Assembly: GCA_963620985.1 (NCBI GenBank)
Contig: CAVFCI010000001.1
Span: 26,093 to 90,092 of the forward strand
Direction of reading: 5' to 3'
DNA from: Hallerella sp.
GTDB taxonomy: Bacteria; Bacillota; Clostridia; Oscillospirales; Oscillospiraceae
DNA length: 64,000 nt
Shown piece after piece: positions 1 to 9,035 of this stretch; positions within the stretch are counted from its first letter, which is position 1, and each line of letters starts with the position of its first letter. The translations under genes and the position numbers were made by a program. Below the pieces are notes generated by a model that saw nothing but the letters and a program-made list of their open reading frames with translations, searched no databases and was not told the DNA's origin.

Positions 1-9
1 CTGCTTATA

Positions 10-879
10 TCAGAATTCGTTTTTCCATTTTCCGATGACGACGCGCTCAAAGCCGAGAGTGTCGTTGCGGCTCTCGACCGAAACAAAGCCGGCCCGCAGG
101 AGCATGAGCTTTACCTCGTCGGCCTGACCCTCGCCGACCTCGAACATCATAAGCCCGTTCGGGCGCAGGGTTATCGTCCAGTATTTTATTATCGCCCTGT
201 AGAAATCAAGGCCGTCCTCACCGCCGTCGAGCGCCGTCATGGGCTCGTAATCGCGCACCGAGCAGTCGAGCTCGATAAGCTCGAACGAGGGGATATACGG
301 CGGGTTTGAAACTATAACGTCAAAGCTTCCTATGCTCATCGGCGGCCATGTGGTCGCGTCCGCGTTCATGGGGATTATCCTTGACGTGAGCTTGTTGTCC
401 TTTATATTCTTCCTGCACACCTCGAGCGCCGCGGGGCTTACATCCGCCGCGACAACGCGGGCAGCCGGAAGCTCGTTTGATATGGCGCAGGCGATGCAGC
501 CGCTGCCGCAGCACAGATCGAGCACTCTGCCCTTCATGCCGAAGCCCTTTATCGCGTCTATCGCAGCGTCAACGAGTATCTCCGTATCCATGCGCGGTAT
601 GAGCACATCGGGCGTAACGGTCATCGGAAGGCCGTAAAACTCCCATGAGCCGGAGATATATGCAAGCGGCTCGCCCTGAAGACGGCGGCGTATCATACCG
701 GCAGCCTTTTCCTCGATCTCCGGCGAGGTGTACAGATACATATCTCGCATGAGCTGCTCCGTGGTTTTGCCGGCAGCCGCGGCAAGAAGTATTCTGGCCT
801 CGAGGCTGAAGGCCTCGATGCCCTTGTCTCTCAGTGCATTTCTGACCGAGAAGTAGATATCATTATATGTTTTAGGCAT
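10..879 (-). CDS. prmC: Release factor glutamine N5-methyltransferase (PrmC/HemK)
   Basis: 289-aa ORF with a SAM-binding LDLCCGSGCI motif and the catalytic NPPY motif (VSNPPYIP). Confidence 0.9.
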   Translation of the reverse strand: MPKTYNDIYFSVRNALRDKGIEAFSLEARILLAAAAGKTTEQLMRDMYLYTSPEIEEKAAGMIRRRLQGEPLAYISGSWEFYGLPMTVTPDVLIPRMDTEILVDAAIDAIKGFGMKGRVLDLCCGSGCIACAISNELPAARVVAADVSPAALEVCRKNIKDNKLTSRIIPMNADATTWPPMSIGSFDVIVSNPPYIPSFELIELDCSVRDYEPMTALDGGEDGLDFYRAIIKYWTITLRPNGLMMFEVGEGQADEVKLMLLRAGFVSVESRNDTLGFERVVIGKWKNEF

Positions 880-895
880 TTCCCAATATCCTTAC

Positions 896-1849
896 TTACC
901 AGGCATCGCTGCCCTTTTCTTCGGGGATCACGAGCTCAAGCGCACGGATGGCACATTCGATCATCTCGTCGTCCGGCTCGTTCGTTGTTATGCGCTGGAA
1001 CTGCTTGCCCGGCCATGACAGTATGGCAGAGCACAGATTGTCGTGCCTGCCGACCCAGCGGTTGAGCTCATAGCTCAGGCCGACGATGAGCGGCAGCATG
1101 AGGAACTTCAGCCCCATGCGCAGCATCGTGTCGGAAACATGGATAAACGAGCCCGCGATTATACTTATTATAATAACGACGAAAATGAAGCTCGTTCCGC
1201 ACCTCGGGTGCAGCCTCGGCTGGGGACGCACGTTCTCGACCGTCAGCGGCAGCCCCTTTTCGTAGCAGAAGATGGTCTTGTGCTCGGCACCGTGGTATGA
1301 AAACAGGCGCTTCATATCCTTCATTTTCGAGCACAGTATCAAATATACAAAGAAAATGATGAGCTTGAGTATGCCCTCAAGCAGCGTCCTCCAGTAAAAA
1401 TCCGCCTTGACCGCGGGGAACAGGCCGACGATGAAGGTCGGCAGGAACAGGAACAGAAACAGCGAGAGCGCGATGCCGAGGACTACGGCAACGCCGATTA
1501 TTATCTTCTGCGCGGTCTCGTCCGAAAAATGCTTTTCTATCCACAGGTCTATCTTGTCCGGCTCCTCCTGCATATCCTCAGGAAGCTGCTCTGCCGAATA
1601 CGACAGAGCCTTCACGCCATTGACCATAGACGATATGAACGCGGCGACACCGCGAATGAGCGGCAGGCCGAGAACGGGAGCCTTTGCCTTCAAGGGCTTT
1701 ACCTCCTCGACCTTCTCGACCATCTCTCCCGAGCCGCGGCACACTATCGCGCGCTTATCCGGCCCGAGCATCATTATGCCCTCGATAAGCGCCTGACCGC
1801 CGATGGAGGTCTTGAATTTTACCGAAGACTCAGCTTTTTTATCTGACAT
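896..1849 (-). CDS. DUF1385 family membrane protein (YqhQ-like)
   Basis: 317-aa ORF with a YHGAEHK motif and hydrophobic core typical of DUF1385. Its position just upstream of prmC is common in Clostridia. Confidence 0.75.
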   Translation of the reverse strand: MSDKKAESSVKFKTSIGGQALIEGIMMLGPDKRAIVCRGSGEMVEKVEEVKPLKAKAPVLGLPLIRGVAAFISSMVNGVKALSYSAEQLPEDMQEEPDKIDLWIEKHFSDETAQKIIIGVAVVLGIALSLFLFLFLPTFIVGLFPAVKADFYWRTLLEGILKLIIFFVYLILCSKMKDMKRLFSYHGAEHKTIFCYEKGLPLTVENVRPQPRLHPRCGTSFIFVVIIISIIAGSFIHVSDTMLRMGLKFLMLPLIVGLSYELNRWVGRHDNLCSAILSWPGKQFQRITTNEPDDEMIECAIRALELVIPEEKGSDAW

Positions 1850-1858
1850 TTATATACC

Positions 1859-2854
1859 TCAATTTTCCGATAAGGGTAAGCTTATTGCGGCGATGCAGCC
1901 GCCGCCCTGAGCGTTTGCTATATCCAGCCTTCCGCCGTGACGGGTGACTATCTCGTCACACACGGCGAGACCTATGCCGCTGCCGCGGTTTTTGCTGCTG
2001 CCCTTGTAGAATCTGTTTTTGACAAAGGGAAGCTCGGCGGCAGGGATGCCTCTGCCGTAGTCGCGTATGCGGATAACGACGTGCTCATTTTCGAGTGCAA
2101 GCGTTATGTCAACCTTTCCGCCGTCGCCGCCGTGCTTCGCGGCGTTGTCCAGAAGGTTGAGAAACACCTGCTTTAAGCGCTCTGGATCGCCGGATATGAG
2201 CGGAATGTCGTACTCGGGCGGCGTGTAATCGACCTCAATGCCGGCCTCGCTCATGAGCTTGCCGTAGGTAAACAGCGAATCCTCGAGCTCGGCGGCGATA
2301 TCCACAAGCTCCATGCGCAGGTTGAACCTGCCGTCCTGTATGCGCGTAAACTCCAGAAGATCGGCCACCATGCCGGTGAGCCTTTCGGCCTCCTTGGAGA
2401 TTATCTTTACACCGCGCAGAGAATCGTCCTTTATTGCGGGGTCGTATTGCAGCGTTTCGCTCCAGCCGAGGATGGCCGTGAGCGGCGTACGCAGCTCGTG
2501 CGATATCTGCGATATGAACTCCGCCGTAGCCTTATCCGAGCGGGCTATTTTTTCGGACATGATATTTATATCATCCGTGAGCCTGCCGATCTCGTTATCG
2601 CCGACCGAGGGCACCTGAGCGCCGTAGCTTCCGTCGGCGATGTGCCTTGCCGATTCGCTCAGATCCTCGATGGGCTTTGAAATGTAGTGATCGAACCATA
2701 TATTCACAAGAATGATGTACGCCGCTATCATAACGGCGATGACAATTGCCGGAATGATGAGCTTGTTCGCGGCAAAGGCGATAAGACATGCGATAAGAAT
2801 GACAGCAGCAACGCTCGACGCGAAAAGCTGCCATTTAAGATCTTTAAAAAACAT
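1859..2854 (-). CDS. Sensor histidine kinase, intramembrane-sensing type (2 TM, HAMP, HisKA, HATPase)
   Basis: Two N-terminal TM helices with almost no external loop. H-box SHELRTPL; N/G boxes LLDNAAKH, DYGRGI, GSGIGLAV. Confidence 0.85.
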   Translation of the reverse strand: MFFKDLKWQLFASSVAAVILIACLIAFAANKLIIPAIVIAVMIAAYIILVNIWFDHYISKPIEDLSESARHIADGSYGAQVPSVGDNEIGRLTDDINIMSEKIARSDKATAEFISQISHELRTPLTAILGWSETLQYDPAIKDDSLRGVKIISKEAERLTGMVADLLEFTRIQDGRFNLRMELVDIAAELEDSLFTYGKLMSEAGIEVDYTPPEYDIPLISGDPERLKQVFLNLLDNAAKHGGDGGKVDITLALENEHVVIRIRDYGRGIPAAELPFVKNRFYKGSSKNRGSGIGLAVCDEIVTRHGGRLDIANAQGGGCIAAISLPLSEN

Positions 2855-2881
2855 TAGACACTTCCCGGGAAATAATAAGCA

Positions 2882-3571
2882 TTAGTAGCCCCACTTATAG
2901 CCGAAGCCCCAGACCGTCGTGAGAAATTCGGGCTCGGTGGGGTCGGCCTCGATCTTCAGGCGCAGGCGGCGGATATTGACATCAACCGTTTTGAGCTCGC
3001 CGGAAAAATCATCGCCCCAAACGGCCTTGAGTATATCCTCACGCGACATTGCCTTGCCGGGGTTTTCCATAAACAGCTTCATAAGCAGGTATTCTATCTG
3101 CGTAAGCTTCAGGCGCTTGCAGTCCTTTTCAAGGGTGCGGTTGCGGGTGTTGAGCAGGAACGGACCGCTCGATATCTCATAGCTGGGCTTGTCGCCCGCG
3201 TCGTTTCCGAGGCGGCGCACGAGCGCGTCAACACGCGCGGTGAGCTCGGCGGGGGAGAAGGGCTTTGTAACATAATCGTCAGCACCGGTCATGAGACCCG
3301 TGACCTTGTCTATCTCCTGACTTTTTGCCGTCAGCATGATTATGCCGATCTTCGAGCCGGAGGCGCGTATGCGGCGGCAGACCTCAAAGCCGTCGATATC
3401 CGGAAGCATAACGTCCAGAAGAGCAAGGCTTATATCGGGATTTTTTTCGAGCAGAGCCAGAGCGGTCATTCCGTTTTCGGCCTCAATGGGCTCATATCCG
3501 TTGCGGCGGAGGTTGATGACCACAAAACTGCGGATATTCGGTTCGTCTTCAAGTACGAGTATCTTTTTCAT
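2882..3571 (-). CDS. OmpR/PhoB-family response regulator
   Basis: Receiver motifs (LVLEDE, LLDVMLPDIDG, MLTAK, KPF) plus a C-terminal winged-helix (TVWGFGYKW). Lies immediately upstream of the kinase. Confidence 0.9.
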   Translation of the reverse strand: MKKILVLEDEPNIRSFVVINLRRNGYEPIEAENGMTALALLEKNPDISLALLDVMLPDIDGFEVCRRIRASGSKIGIIMLTAKSQEIDKVTGLMTGADDYVTKPFSPAELTARVDALVRRLGNDAGDKPSYEISSGPFLLNTRNRTLEKDCKRLKLTQIEYLLMKLFMENPGKAMSREDILKAVWGDDFSGELKTVDVNIRRLRLKIEADPTEPEFLTTVWGFGYKWGY

Positions 3572-3700
3572 GGTTTGGCCTCTTTCTTATAATTTTACAT
3601 TGAAATATTGTAACATATAATTTTCAATTATGGTAGAGGTAAAAACAAAAAAATTGTAATCCAAGAACAAAAAATTACACAAATATTATAAATGCGACTC

Positions 3701-3729
3701 TTGAATAATGCTCTTTTATAGGTTATAAT
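3701..3729 (+). promoter_or_regulatory. Sigma-A-like promoter for tRNA-Leu
   Basis: TTGAAT, 17-nt spacer, TATAAT, ending about 16 nt before the tRNA 5' end. Confidence 0.45.
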
Positions 3730-3745
3730 GCTCTTGTTTCTATCC

Positions 3746-3831
3746 GCCGGTGTGATGGAATGGTAGACGTAGCGGATTCAAAATCCGCCGGGGGCGACTC
3801 CGTGTGGGTTCGAGTCCCACCACCGGCACCA
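3746..3831 (+). tRNA. tRNA-Leu (anticodon CAA), CCA encoded
   Basis: Cloverleaf read by eye: acceptor GCCGGTG/CACCGGC; anticodon arm GCGGA-TTCAAAA-TCCGC; long variable arm; T-arm GTGGG-TTCGAGT-CCCAC; discriminator A plus CCA. Confidence 0.85.
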
Positions 3832-3835
3832 GAAG

Positions 3836-3872
3836 ATCCGAGAGTCTCCCGCGGGGAGCTCTCGGATTTTTT
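3836..3872 (+). terminator. Rho-independent terminator after tRNA-Leu
   Basis: Long GC-rich hairpin (ATCCGAGAG...CTCTCGGAT with an inner CTCCC/GGGAG stem) followed by a run of 6 T. Confidence 0.65.
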
Positions 3873-3893
3873 GCCTTTAAAAAGGAGAGAAAA

Positions 3894-4646
3894 ATGGACA
3901 AGCATGAACTTACGGAGCTGTTAAACCGCGTAGCGGACGGGAGCCTGAGCCCCGACGATGCTGCGCTCAAGCTCAAAATGCAGCCGTTTCAGGAGATAGA
4001 CGGCTATGCAAGGGTAGATCACCACAGGGGCATCCGTCAGGGCGTGCCGGAGGTCATATACGGCGAGGGCAAGGCAAGGGAGCATATACTCGGCATAGCA
4101 AAGGCTATGCTGAAAAACGGTCAGCAGACCGTGCTCATAACGCGCCTGAACGAGGAGGCGGCGGAGTATATAAAGGCGCAGCTGCCGCTTGAATACAACA
4201 GCATGGCGCGTATCGGCATCATCGGACCAATGCCCGAGCCCGGCGGCAAGGGGCGCATCGTCGTTGCGACCGGCGGCACGAGCGATATCCCCGTGGCTGA
4301 GGAAGCCGCCATGACAGCCGAGGCTCTCGGCAACGACGTTCTGCGCCTGTACGACGTGGGCGTTTCGGGCATACACAGGCTTCTTTCAAACATGGACAGC
4401 GTCATGACCGCACGGGTCATAATCGCTGTTGCCGGTATGGAGGGCGCACTGCCGTCGGTCATCGGCGGCCTTGCCGACTGCCCGGTGATAGCCGTACCCA
4501 CGAGCGTGGGCTACGGCGCATCCTTCGGCGGCGTTGCGGCGCTTTTGAGCATGCTCAACTCCTGCGCGAGCGGCATGTCGGTAGTGAATATAGACAACGG
4601 CTTCGGTGCGGGCTACCTTGCCAGCATGATAAACCACCTTGACTGA
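3894..4646 (+). CDS. larB: Nickel-pincer cofactor biosynthesis protein LarB (NaAD carboxylase/hydrolase)
   Basis: AIR-carboxylase-like protein starting MDKHELTELLNRV...DHHR...PEVIYGEGK. AGGAGA RBS before the ATG at 3894. The longer track ORF (3804) overlaps the tRNA and its terminator. Confidence 0.8.
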   Translation: MDKHELTELLNRVADGSLSPDDAALKLKMQPFQEIDGYARVDHHRGIRQGVPEVIYGEGKAREHILGIAKAMLKNGQQTVLITRLNEEAAEYIKAQLPLEYNSMARIGIIGPMPEPGGKGRIVVATGGTSDIPVAEEAAMTAEALGNDVLRLYDVGVSGIHRLLSNMDSVMTARVIIAVAGMEGALPSVIGGLADCPVIAVPTSVGYGASFGGVAALLSMLNSCASGMSVVNIDNGFGAGYLASMINHLD

Positions 4647-4647
4647 T

Positions 4648-5403
4648 ATGGAGCTTAAAGATTTTTTTGCCGAACACAATAAAATAGCGCTGGCCTTCTC
4701 CGGCGGGGCGGACTCGGCGTACCTGCTGTACGCTGCCATATCGAGCGGCGCGGATGTGCAGCCGTACTATGTCAGCTCGCAGCTTCAGCCGGAGTTTGAG
4801 CGCAATGACGCGAGAAGGCTCGCGGTAGAGCTGGGAGCTGAACTGCGTGAGATAAGCCTTGACCTACTGCAAGCTGACGAGGTGACGGCAAATCCCGCAG
4901 ACCGCTGCTATTACTGCAAAAAGCGCATCATGGGAGCTGTACGCGAAGCTGCCCGCGCCGACGGCTACGATACGGTAGCAGACGGCACAAACGCCGACGA
5001 CGACGGAGGCGACCGGCCGGGTATGCGGGTGCTCACGGAGGAGGGCATACTCTCACCGCTGAGGCTCTGCGGCATCACAAAGGCCGAGCTGCGCAGGCTC
5101 TCGCACGAGGCGGGTCTGTTTACATGGAATAAGCCTGCCTATGCATGCCTTGCAACGCGCATCCCGACGGGCGAGAGGATAACTGCGGAAAAGCTCAACG
5201 CTGTCGAAAAGAGCGAGAGCCGCCTGTTCTCGCTCGGCTTCACCGACTTCCGCGTGCGCATGCGCGGCAGCGGAGCGCTGCTGCAATTTACGGCGCGGCA
5301 GCATGAAAAGGCCGAAAACGAATTTGACGCGATAAAGGCGGAGCTTTCAAAATATTTTGACACCGTAAGGCTCGATCCGCAGCCAAGGGAGGAGAGCAAA
5401 TGA
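4648..5403 (+). CDS. larE: ATP-dependent sacrificial sulfur transferase LarE
   Basis: PP-loop motif FSGGADS plus CYYCK. Sits between larB and larC. The start is ambiguous: ATG at 4648 or TTG at 4639. Confidence 0.8.
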   Translation: MELKDFFAEHNKIALAFSGGADSAYLLYAAISSGADVQPYYVSSQLQPEFERNDARRLAVELGAELREISLDLLQADEVTANPADRCYYCKKRIMGAVREAARADGYDTVADGTNADDDGGDRPGMRVLTEEGILSPLRLCGITKAELRRLSHEAGLFTWNKPAYACLATRIPTGERITAEKLNAVEKSESRLFSLGFTDFRVRMRGSGALLQFTARQHEKAENEFDAIKAELSKYFDTVRLDPQPREESK

Positions 5404-6566
5404 AAACGCTGTACATCGACTGCGCAATGGGCTGCGCCGGTGATATGCTCACCGCCGCGCTTCTGGAGCTGCACCCGAATAAAAATGACTTTATCGACCG
5501 CATGAACGCGGCGCTTGACGGCAGGGCGCAGCTCTACGTCAAGCCGGACTTGAAATGCGGCATAAGCGGCACTCATGTCACTGTTGTCATAAACGGCAGC
5601 GTGGAGGGAGAGCCGGAGCAGCACCGCGAGCCGCAGCACACGAGCGTTTCGGAGATAATGGAGTTTATAGATACCGTCCCGCTTTGCAGCGAGGTGAAGG
5701 CAGACGCAAAAACGGTGTATTCTCTCATAGCCGATGCCGAGAGCAGGGTGCACGGCTGCCCCGTCGGGAATGTGCATTTTCACGAGCTCGGCTCGCTCGA
5801 CGCGCTGGCGGATGTTCTGAGCGTGTGCGAGCTGATGCATGAGCTCGCGCCCGAGAGGGTGCTTGCCTCGCCGGTGAATGTCGGCTCGGGCTTTATAAAG
5901 TGCGCTCACGGTGTGCTGCCCGTTCCCGCGCCCGCAACAGAGCTCATACTGCGCGGCGTTCCGATATATTCGGGGCAGATAAAGTCCGAGCTGTGTACGC
6001 CCACGGGCGCTGCACTGCTGCGGCACTTTGCCGAGGACTTTGTCCCGCTGCCGCCGCTCAGGGTCGAGCATGCCGGCTGCGGTACGGGCAGCAAGAGCTT
6101 TGAGGCGGCAAACGTCGTGCGCGTTCTGCTCGGCGAGACGGAGAATGAAAGTGAGCAGATAACGGAGCTTGCCTGCAATCTTGACGACATGACGCCCGAG
6201 GAGCTTGCCTTTGCGATGGACGAGCTGTTCAGACTCGGTGCACTGGATGTGTATTTCACCGATATAGGCATGAAAAAAAGCAGGCCCGGCGTGATGCTCA
6301 GCTGCATATGCCGCGAGGAAAAGCGCGATGAGCTGCTCAGATGCATCTTTAAGCACACAGCGACCCTCGGCGTGCGCGAATATACATGCCGGCGCTATAG
6401 CCTTGCGCGCAGCGTTGACACGGTGCAGACGCGCTACGGCTCCGTGCGCGTAAAAACCGCCTCCGGCTTCGGCGTAAAGCGTTCAAAGGCCGAGTACGAT
6501 GATCTGGAAAGGCTTGCGAGGGAAAACGATACGACACTGGCCGAGATAAGGAAGGAATTAATGTGA
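5400..6566 (+). CDS. larC: Nickel insertion protein LarC
   Basis: N-terminus MKTLYIDCAMGCAGDM typical of LarC/DUF111. ATGA start/stop overlap with larE and a GGGAGGAG RBS. Confidence 0.8.
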   Translation: MKTLYIDCAMGCAGDMLTAALLELHPNKNDFIDRMNAALDGRAQLYVKPDLKCGISGTHVTVVINGSVEGEPEQHREPQHTSVSEIMEFIDTVPLCSEVKADAKTVYSLIADAESRVHGCPVGNVHFHELGSLDALADVLSVCELMHELAPERVLASPVNVGSGFIKCAHGVLPVPAPATELILRGVPIYSGQIKSELCTPTGAALLRHFAEDFVPLPPLRVEHAGCGTGSKSFEAANVVRVLLGETENESEQITELACNLDDMTPEELAFAMDELFRLGALDVYFTDIGMKKSRPGVMLSCICREEKRDELLRCIFKHTATLGVREYTCRRYSLARSVDTVQTRYGSVRVKTASGFGVKRSKAEYDDLERLARENDTTLAEIRKELM

Positions 6567-6608
6567 GCTCTATCGTGTGCGCCGATTCATGTTTTTACAA
6601 AATGGTAA

Positions 6609-6637
6609 TTGCATTTCTCTGCCGGCAAAGCTATAAT
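6609..6637 (+). promoter_or_regulatory. Sigma-A-like promoter for the TIR-LRR gene
   Basis: TTGCAT, 17-nt spacer, TATAAT, about 24 nt upstream of the ATG at 6661. An AGGAGAG RBS follows. Confidence 0.4.
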
Positions 6638-6660
6638 TACTCTGTCAAAAGGAGAGAACA

Positions 6661-8220
6661 ATGAACGATTTTGAGTATTTCAAGCCCTACGAGGGCGATA
6701 AGCCATACATATTTATAAGCTACGCTCACGCAGACGATGATATCGTCCTGCCCATCGTCAGCGATATGCACAGGCGCGGCTATAACATCTGGTACGACGA
6801 GGGGATAGAGGTCGGCAGCGAGTGGCAGGAGTGCATAGCCTCGCACCTTGCCGATGCGCACCTTGTCGTTGCGTTCATATCCAACGCATACATGCGCTCG
6901 GATAACTGCCGCCGCGAGATGCACTATGCGCAGTCGAAAAAAATAAAGACCATAAACATTTTCGTCGAGGATACGGCGCTCACGCCGGGCATGGAGCTTC
7001 AGATAGGCAACATCTATGCGCTGATGAAATACACATATCCAAACGACGAGTATTTTTACGATAAGCTGTACAGCGCACCGCTTTTAAACAGCGAAAATTT
7101 TGCCGATTCAGCTCCGCGTCCGACGACCGAGACGCAGAAGGCAGCGCCCGTGCCGCCTCCTAAAAAGAAGGAGAAAAAGGAAAAGAAAAAACGCGGCAAG
7201 GCCAAAAAAATAATCGGCTGGTCTGCCGCAGTCGTCGTGTTCGGCCTCGTGCTGGCCGCGCTCATCGTCGGATATTTCACCGGCTACCTCGAAAAGCTGC
7301 TCACGCCGACGACGCAGATAGAAACGCTTGCCGACGATACGGTGTGCGAGTTTAAAAACAGCATTTTTGAAAGCGCCGCGCGCGAGTACACGGGCAAGAC
7401 CGACGGCGATATCACCGTCGGCGAGCTGAAGGGACTTACCGCGCTGTACATCGTCGGCGATGAGTACAGCCTCAGCGAGCCGGTCTCCGGCATCGGACAG
7501 GTCAGCCAGAGCGACAAAGCTGCGTCATATACCGACTGGCAGGGCAGCGAGAAGACCGTCAGCCGCGGCAGCGTCAGCGAGCTTTCGGACATTGCCTACT
7601 TCACTGGACTCAAGACACTGTGGCTTCAGTATCAGAGCCTCGGCAGCCTCGACACTATGCCGGCCTGCTCGATAACGAGCCTGAGCCTCGACGGCAGCAG
7701 GGTGACCGACCTGACCGGCATCGGCAATCTGCCGAAGCTGAGAACGATAAGCGCAGACTATGCTCCGCTCAGCTCGCTCGGCGACCTCAAAAAGTGCCAT
7801 GAGCTCACCCACGCTTCGTTTATCGGAGCGAGCGTCACCGATCTTTCGGCCTTCAAACCGCTTACGAAGATACAGTCCGTCGCGTTTTCAAACTGCTCGC
7901 TGAGCGATATCTCGCAGGTGCTGGATATGAGCTCGCTGCGCAGCGTAAAGCTCTATGACTGCAACCTCAGCGGCAGCTTCTTCAGCTCCTTTGACCGCGA
8001 GCGCGCGATAACGGAGCTTGAGCTCGTAAGCTGCACGGTGGATTCGACGAGCGGCCTTTCGGACTTCACGGGTCTGACCATGCTGCGCCTTACGGGAACA
8101 CGCGGCGTTTCCGACTGGTCGGAGCTCGACTCACTCACGGCCCTCAAGACCGTGTACATTGACGAGGGCCTTGCCGGCAGCTTCACCGGCGAGCACGGCT
8201 TTGAAGTTATAACAGAGTAA
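6661..8220 (+). CDS. TIR domain / single TM / leucine-rich-repeat protein
   Basis: aa ~14-135 is TIR_2-like (YIFISYAHADD, GYNIWYDEGI, GSEWQECIA, VVAFIS, NCRRE). A Pro/Lys-rich linker ends in KKKEKKEKKKRGKAKK. TM helix AAVVVFGLVLAALIVGYFTGYL. The C-terminal ~200 aa carries 8-9 internalin-like ~22-aa LRRs (LxxLxxLxLxxxxVTDLS). Confidence 0.8.
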   Translation: MNDFEYFKPYEGDKPYIFISYAHADDDIVLPIVSDMHRRGYNIWYDEGIEVGSEWQECIASHLADAHLVVAFISNAYMRSDNCRREMHYAQSKKIKTINIFVEDTALTPGMELQIGNIYALMKYTYPNDEYFYDKLYSAPLLNSENFADSAPRPTTETQKAAPVPPPKKKEKKEKKKRGKAKKIIGWSAAVVVFGLVLAALIVGYFTGYLEKLLTPTTQIETLADDTVCEFKNSIFESAAREYTGKTDGDITVGELKGLTALYIVGDEYSLSEPVSGIGQVSQSDKAASYTDWQGSEKTVSRGSVSELSDIAYFTGLKTLWLQYQSLGSLDTMPACSITSLSLDGSRVTDLTGIGNLPKLRTISADYAPLSSLGDLKKCHELTHASFIGASVTDLSAFKPLTKIQSVAFSNCSLSDISQVLDMSSLRSVKLYDCNLSGSFFSSFDRERAITELELVSCTVDSTSGLSDFTGLTMLRLTGTRGVSDWSELDSLTALKTVYIDEGLAGSFTGEHGFEVITE

Positions 8221-8226
8221 AGACTA

Positions 8227-8250
8227 CCCCGAGTGCTTCGGCACTCGGGG
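8227..8250. terminator. Hairpin between convergent genes
   Basis: CCCCGAGTGC-TTCG-GCACTCGGGG, a perfect 10-bp stem. There is no strong T-run on either side. Confidence 0.45.
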
Positions 8251-8257
8251 TAATGAT

Positions 8258-8743
8258 CTATTCGGGTTTTTCATCCTCGGCTGCGGGCTTCGGCTCGATG
8301 GCCAGCGCGACGATCTTTTCCGTCAGCAGCTTGTAAAGATGCGAGTATATCGCCGACTCCACGACAAGATGCTTGACCGCTGCATCGTCCTTCCGGACAG
8401 GGTCGAACACATCGACGGCCAGCTGCCGCACCTGTTCGGTGCACAGGCGGCACAGACTGCGGTGGCGCATCACGAAGTCGTCGTATATCTCCCTGACCTC
8501 CTCCTCGGATATGTTCATCGGGATGATCCTGCTCACGACAGATATGCTCAGGCTCTGCTTGAGCGTGCATATCATGATAAGATATGCAAGATGTATCCTC
8601 GTGTATTTTTTCTTAACGGGAGCGGGCATGATCTTCATGCGCACATAGTTGTTTATCGTGCTCGGCGTTATGATAGGATCGCTGCCCTGCGTGTGCGGGA
8701 ACAGGTCGAGAAAGCGCGATACAAGCGATATGACCTGATCCAT
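8258..8743 (-). CDS. DUF1836 domain protein
   Basis: 161-aa ORF with the MPAPVKKKYTRIHLAYLIMICTLKQ segment typical of DUF1836. Divergent from a degV gene, as in many Firmicutes. Confidence 0.65.
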   Translation of the reverse strand: MDQVISLVSRFLDLFPHTQGSDPIITPSTINNYVRMKIMPAPVKKKYTRIHLAYLIMICTLKQSLSISVVSRIIPMNISEEEVREIYDDFVMRHRSLCRLCTEQVRQLAVDVFDPVRKDDAAVKHLVVESAIYSHLYKLLTEKIVALAIEPKPAAEDEKPE

Positions 8744-9035
8744 GTACAGCTCGAAATCGGGGAGCTCATCCCATGACGGGAGCGAAAATCGGGAGATGTA
8801 TTTATCCCACCGGCGCAGCTTTGCCGCGACAAGCCTGCTGTTGTATATAAGTCAAACCTCCCCTGAACGATCGTATTTAATACAGTATAGCACCAAACCG
8901 CAGGCATTACAAGAAAATATGATATCCATTATTACATAAATTATTATTTGCAAAAGGTATTTACTTAACGCCGAAAATGCTGTAATATGATATAATATAT
9001 TAGATATGTAATGTATCTTTCTCATACGGAGGTGT

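Noticed and set aside
3804-3893. N-terminal extension of the larB ORF in the track (start at 3804).
   Set aside because: The extension runs through the 3' end of tRNA-Leu and its terminator hairpin. The ATG at 3894 has an RBS and yields the canonical LarB N-terminus.
5139-6356. 405-aa ORF antisense to larE/larC. Similar long antisense or shadow ORFs occur at 16354-17184, 29215-30297, 31505-32908, 37886-39037 and 59794-60981.
   Set aside because: Each overlaps a well-supported gene on the opposite strand. Compositions are biased and no motifs are present.
7140-7215. AAG/AAA-rich low-complexity DNA that might be a slippery tract or simple-sequence repeat.
   Set aside because: It stays in frame and encodes the Lys-rich juxtamembrane segment of the TIR-LRR protein, which serves as a positive-inside topology signal.
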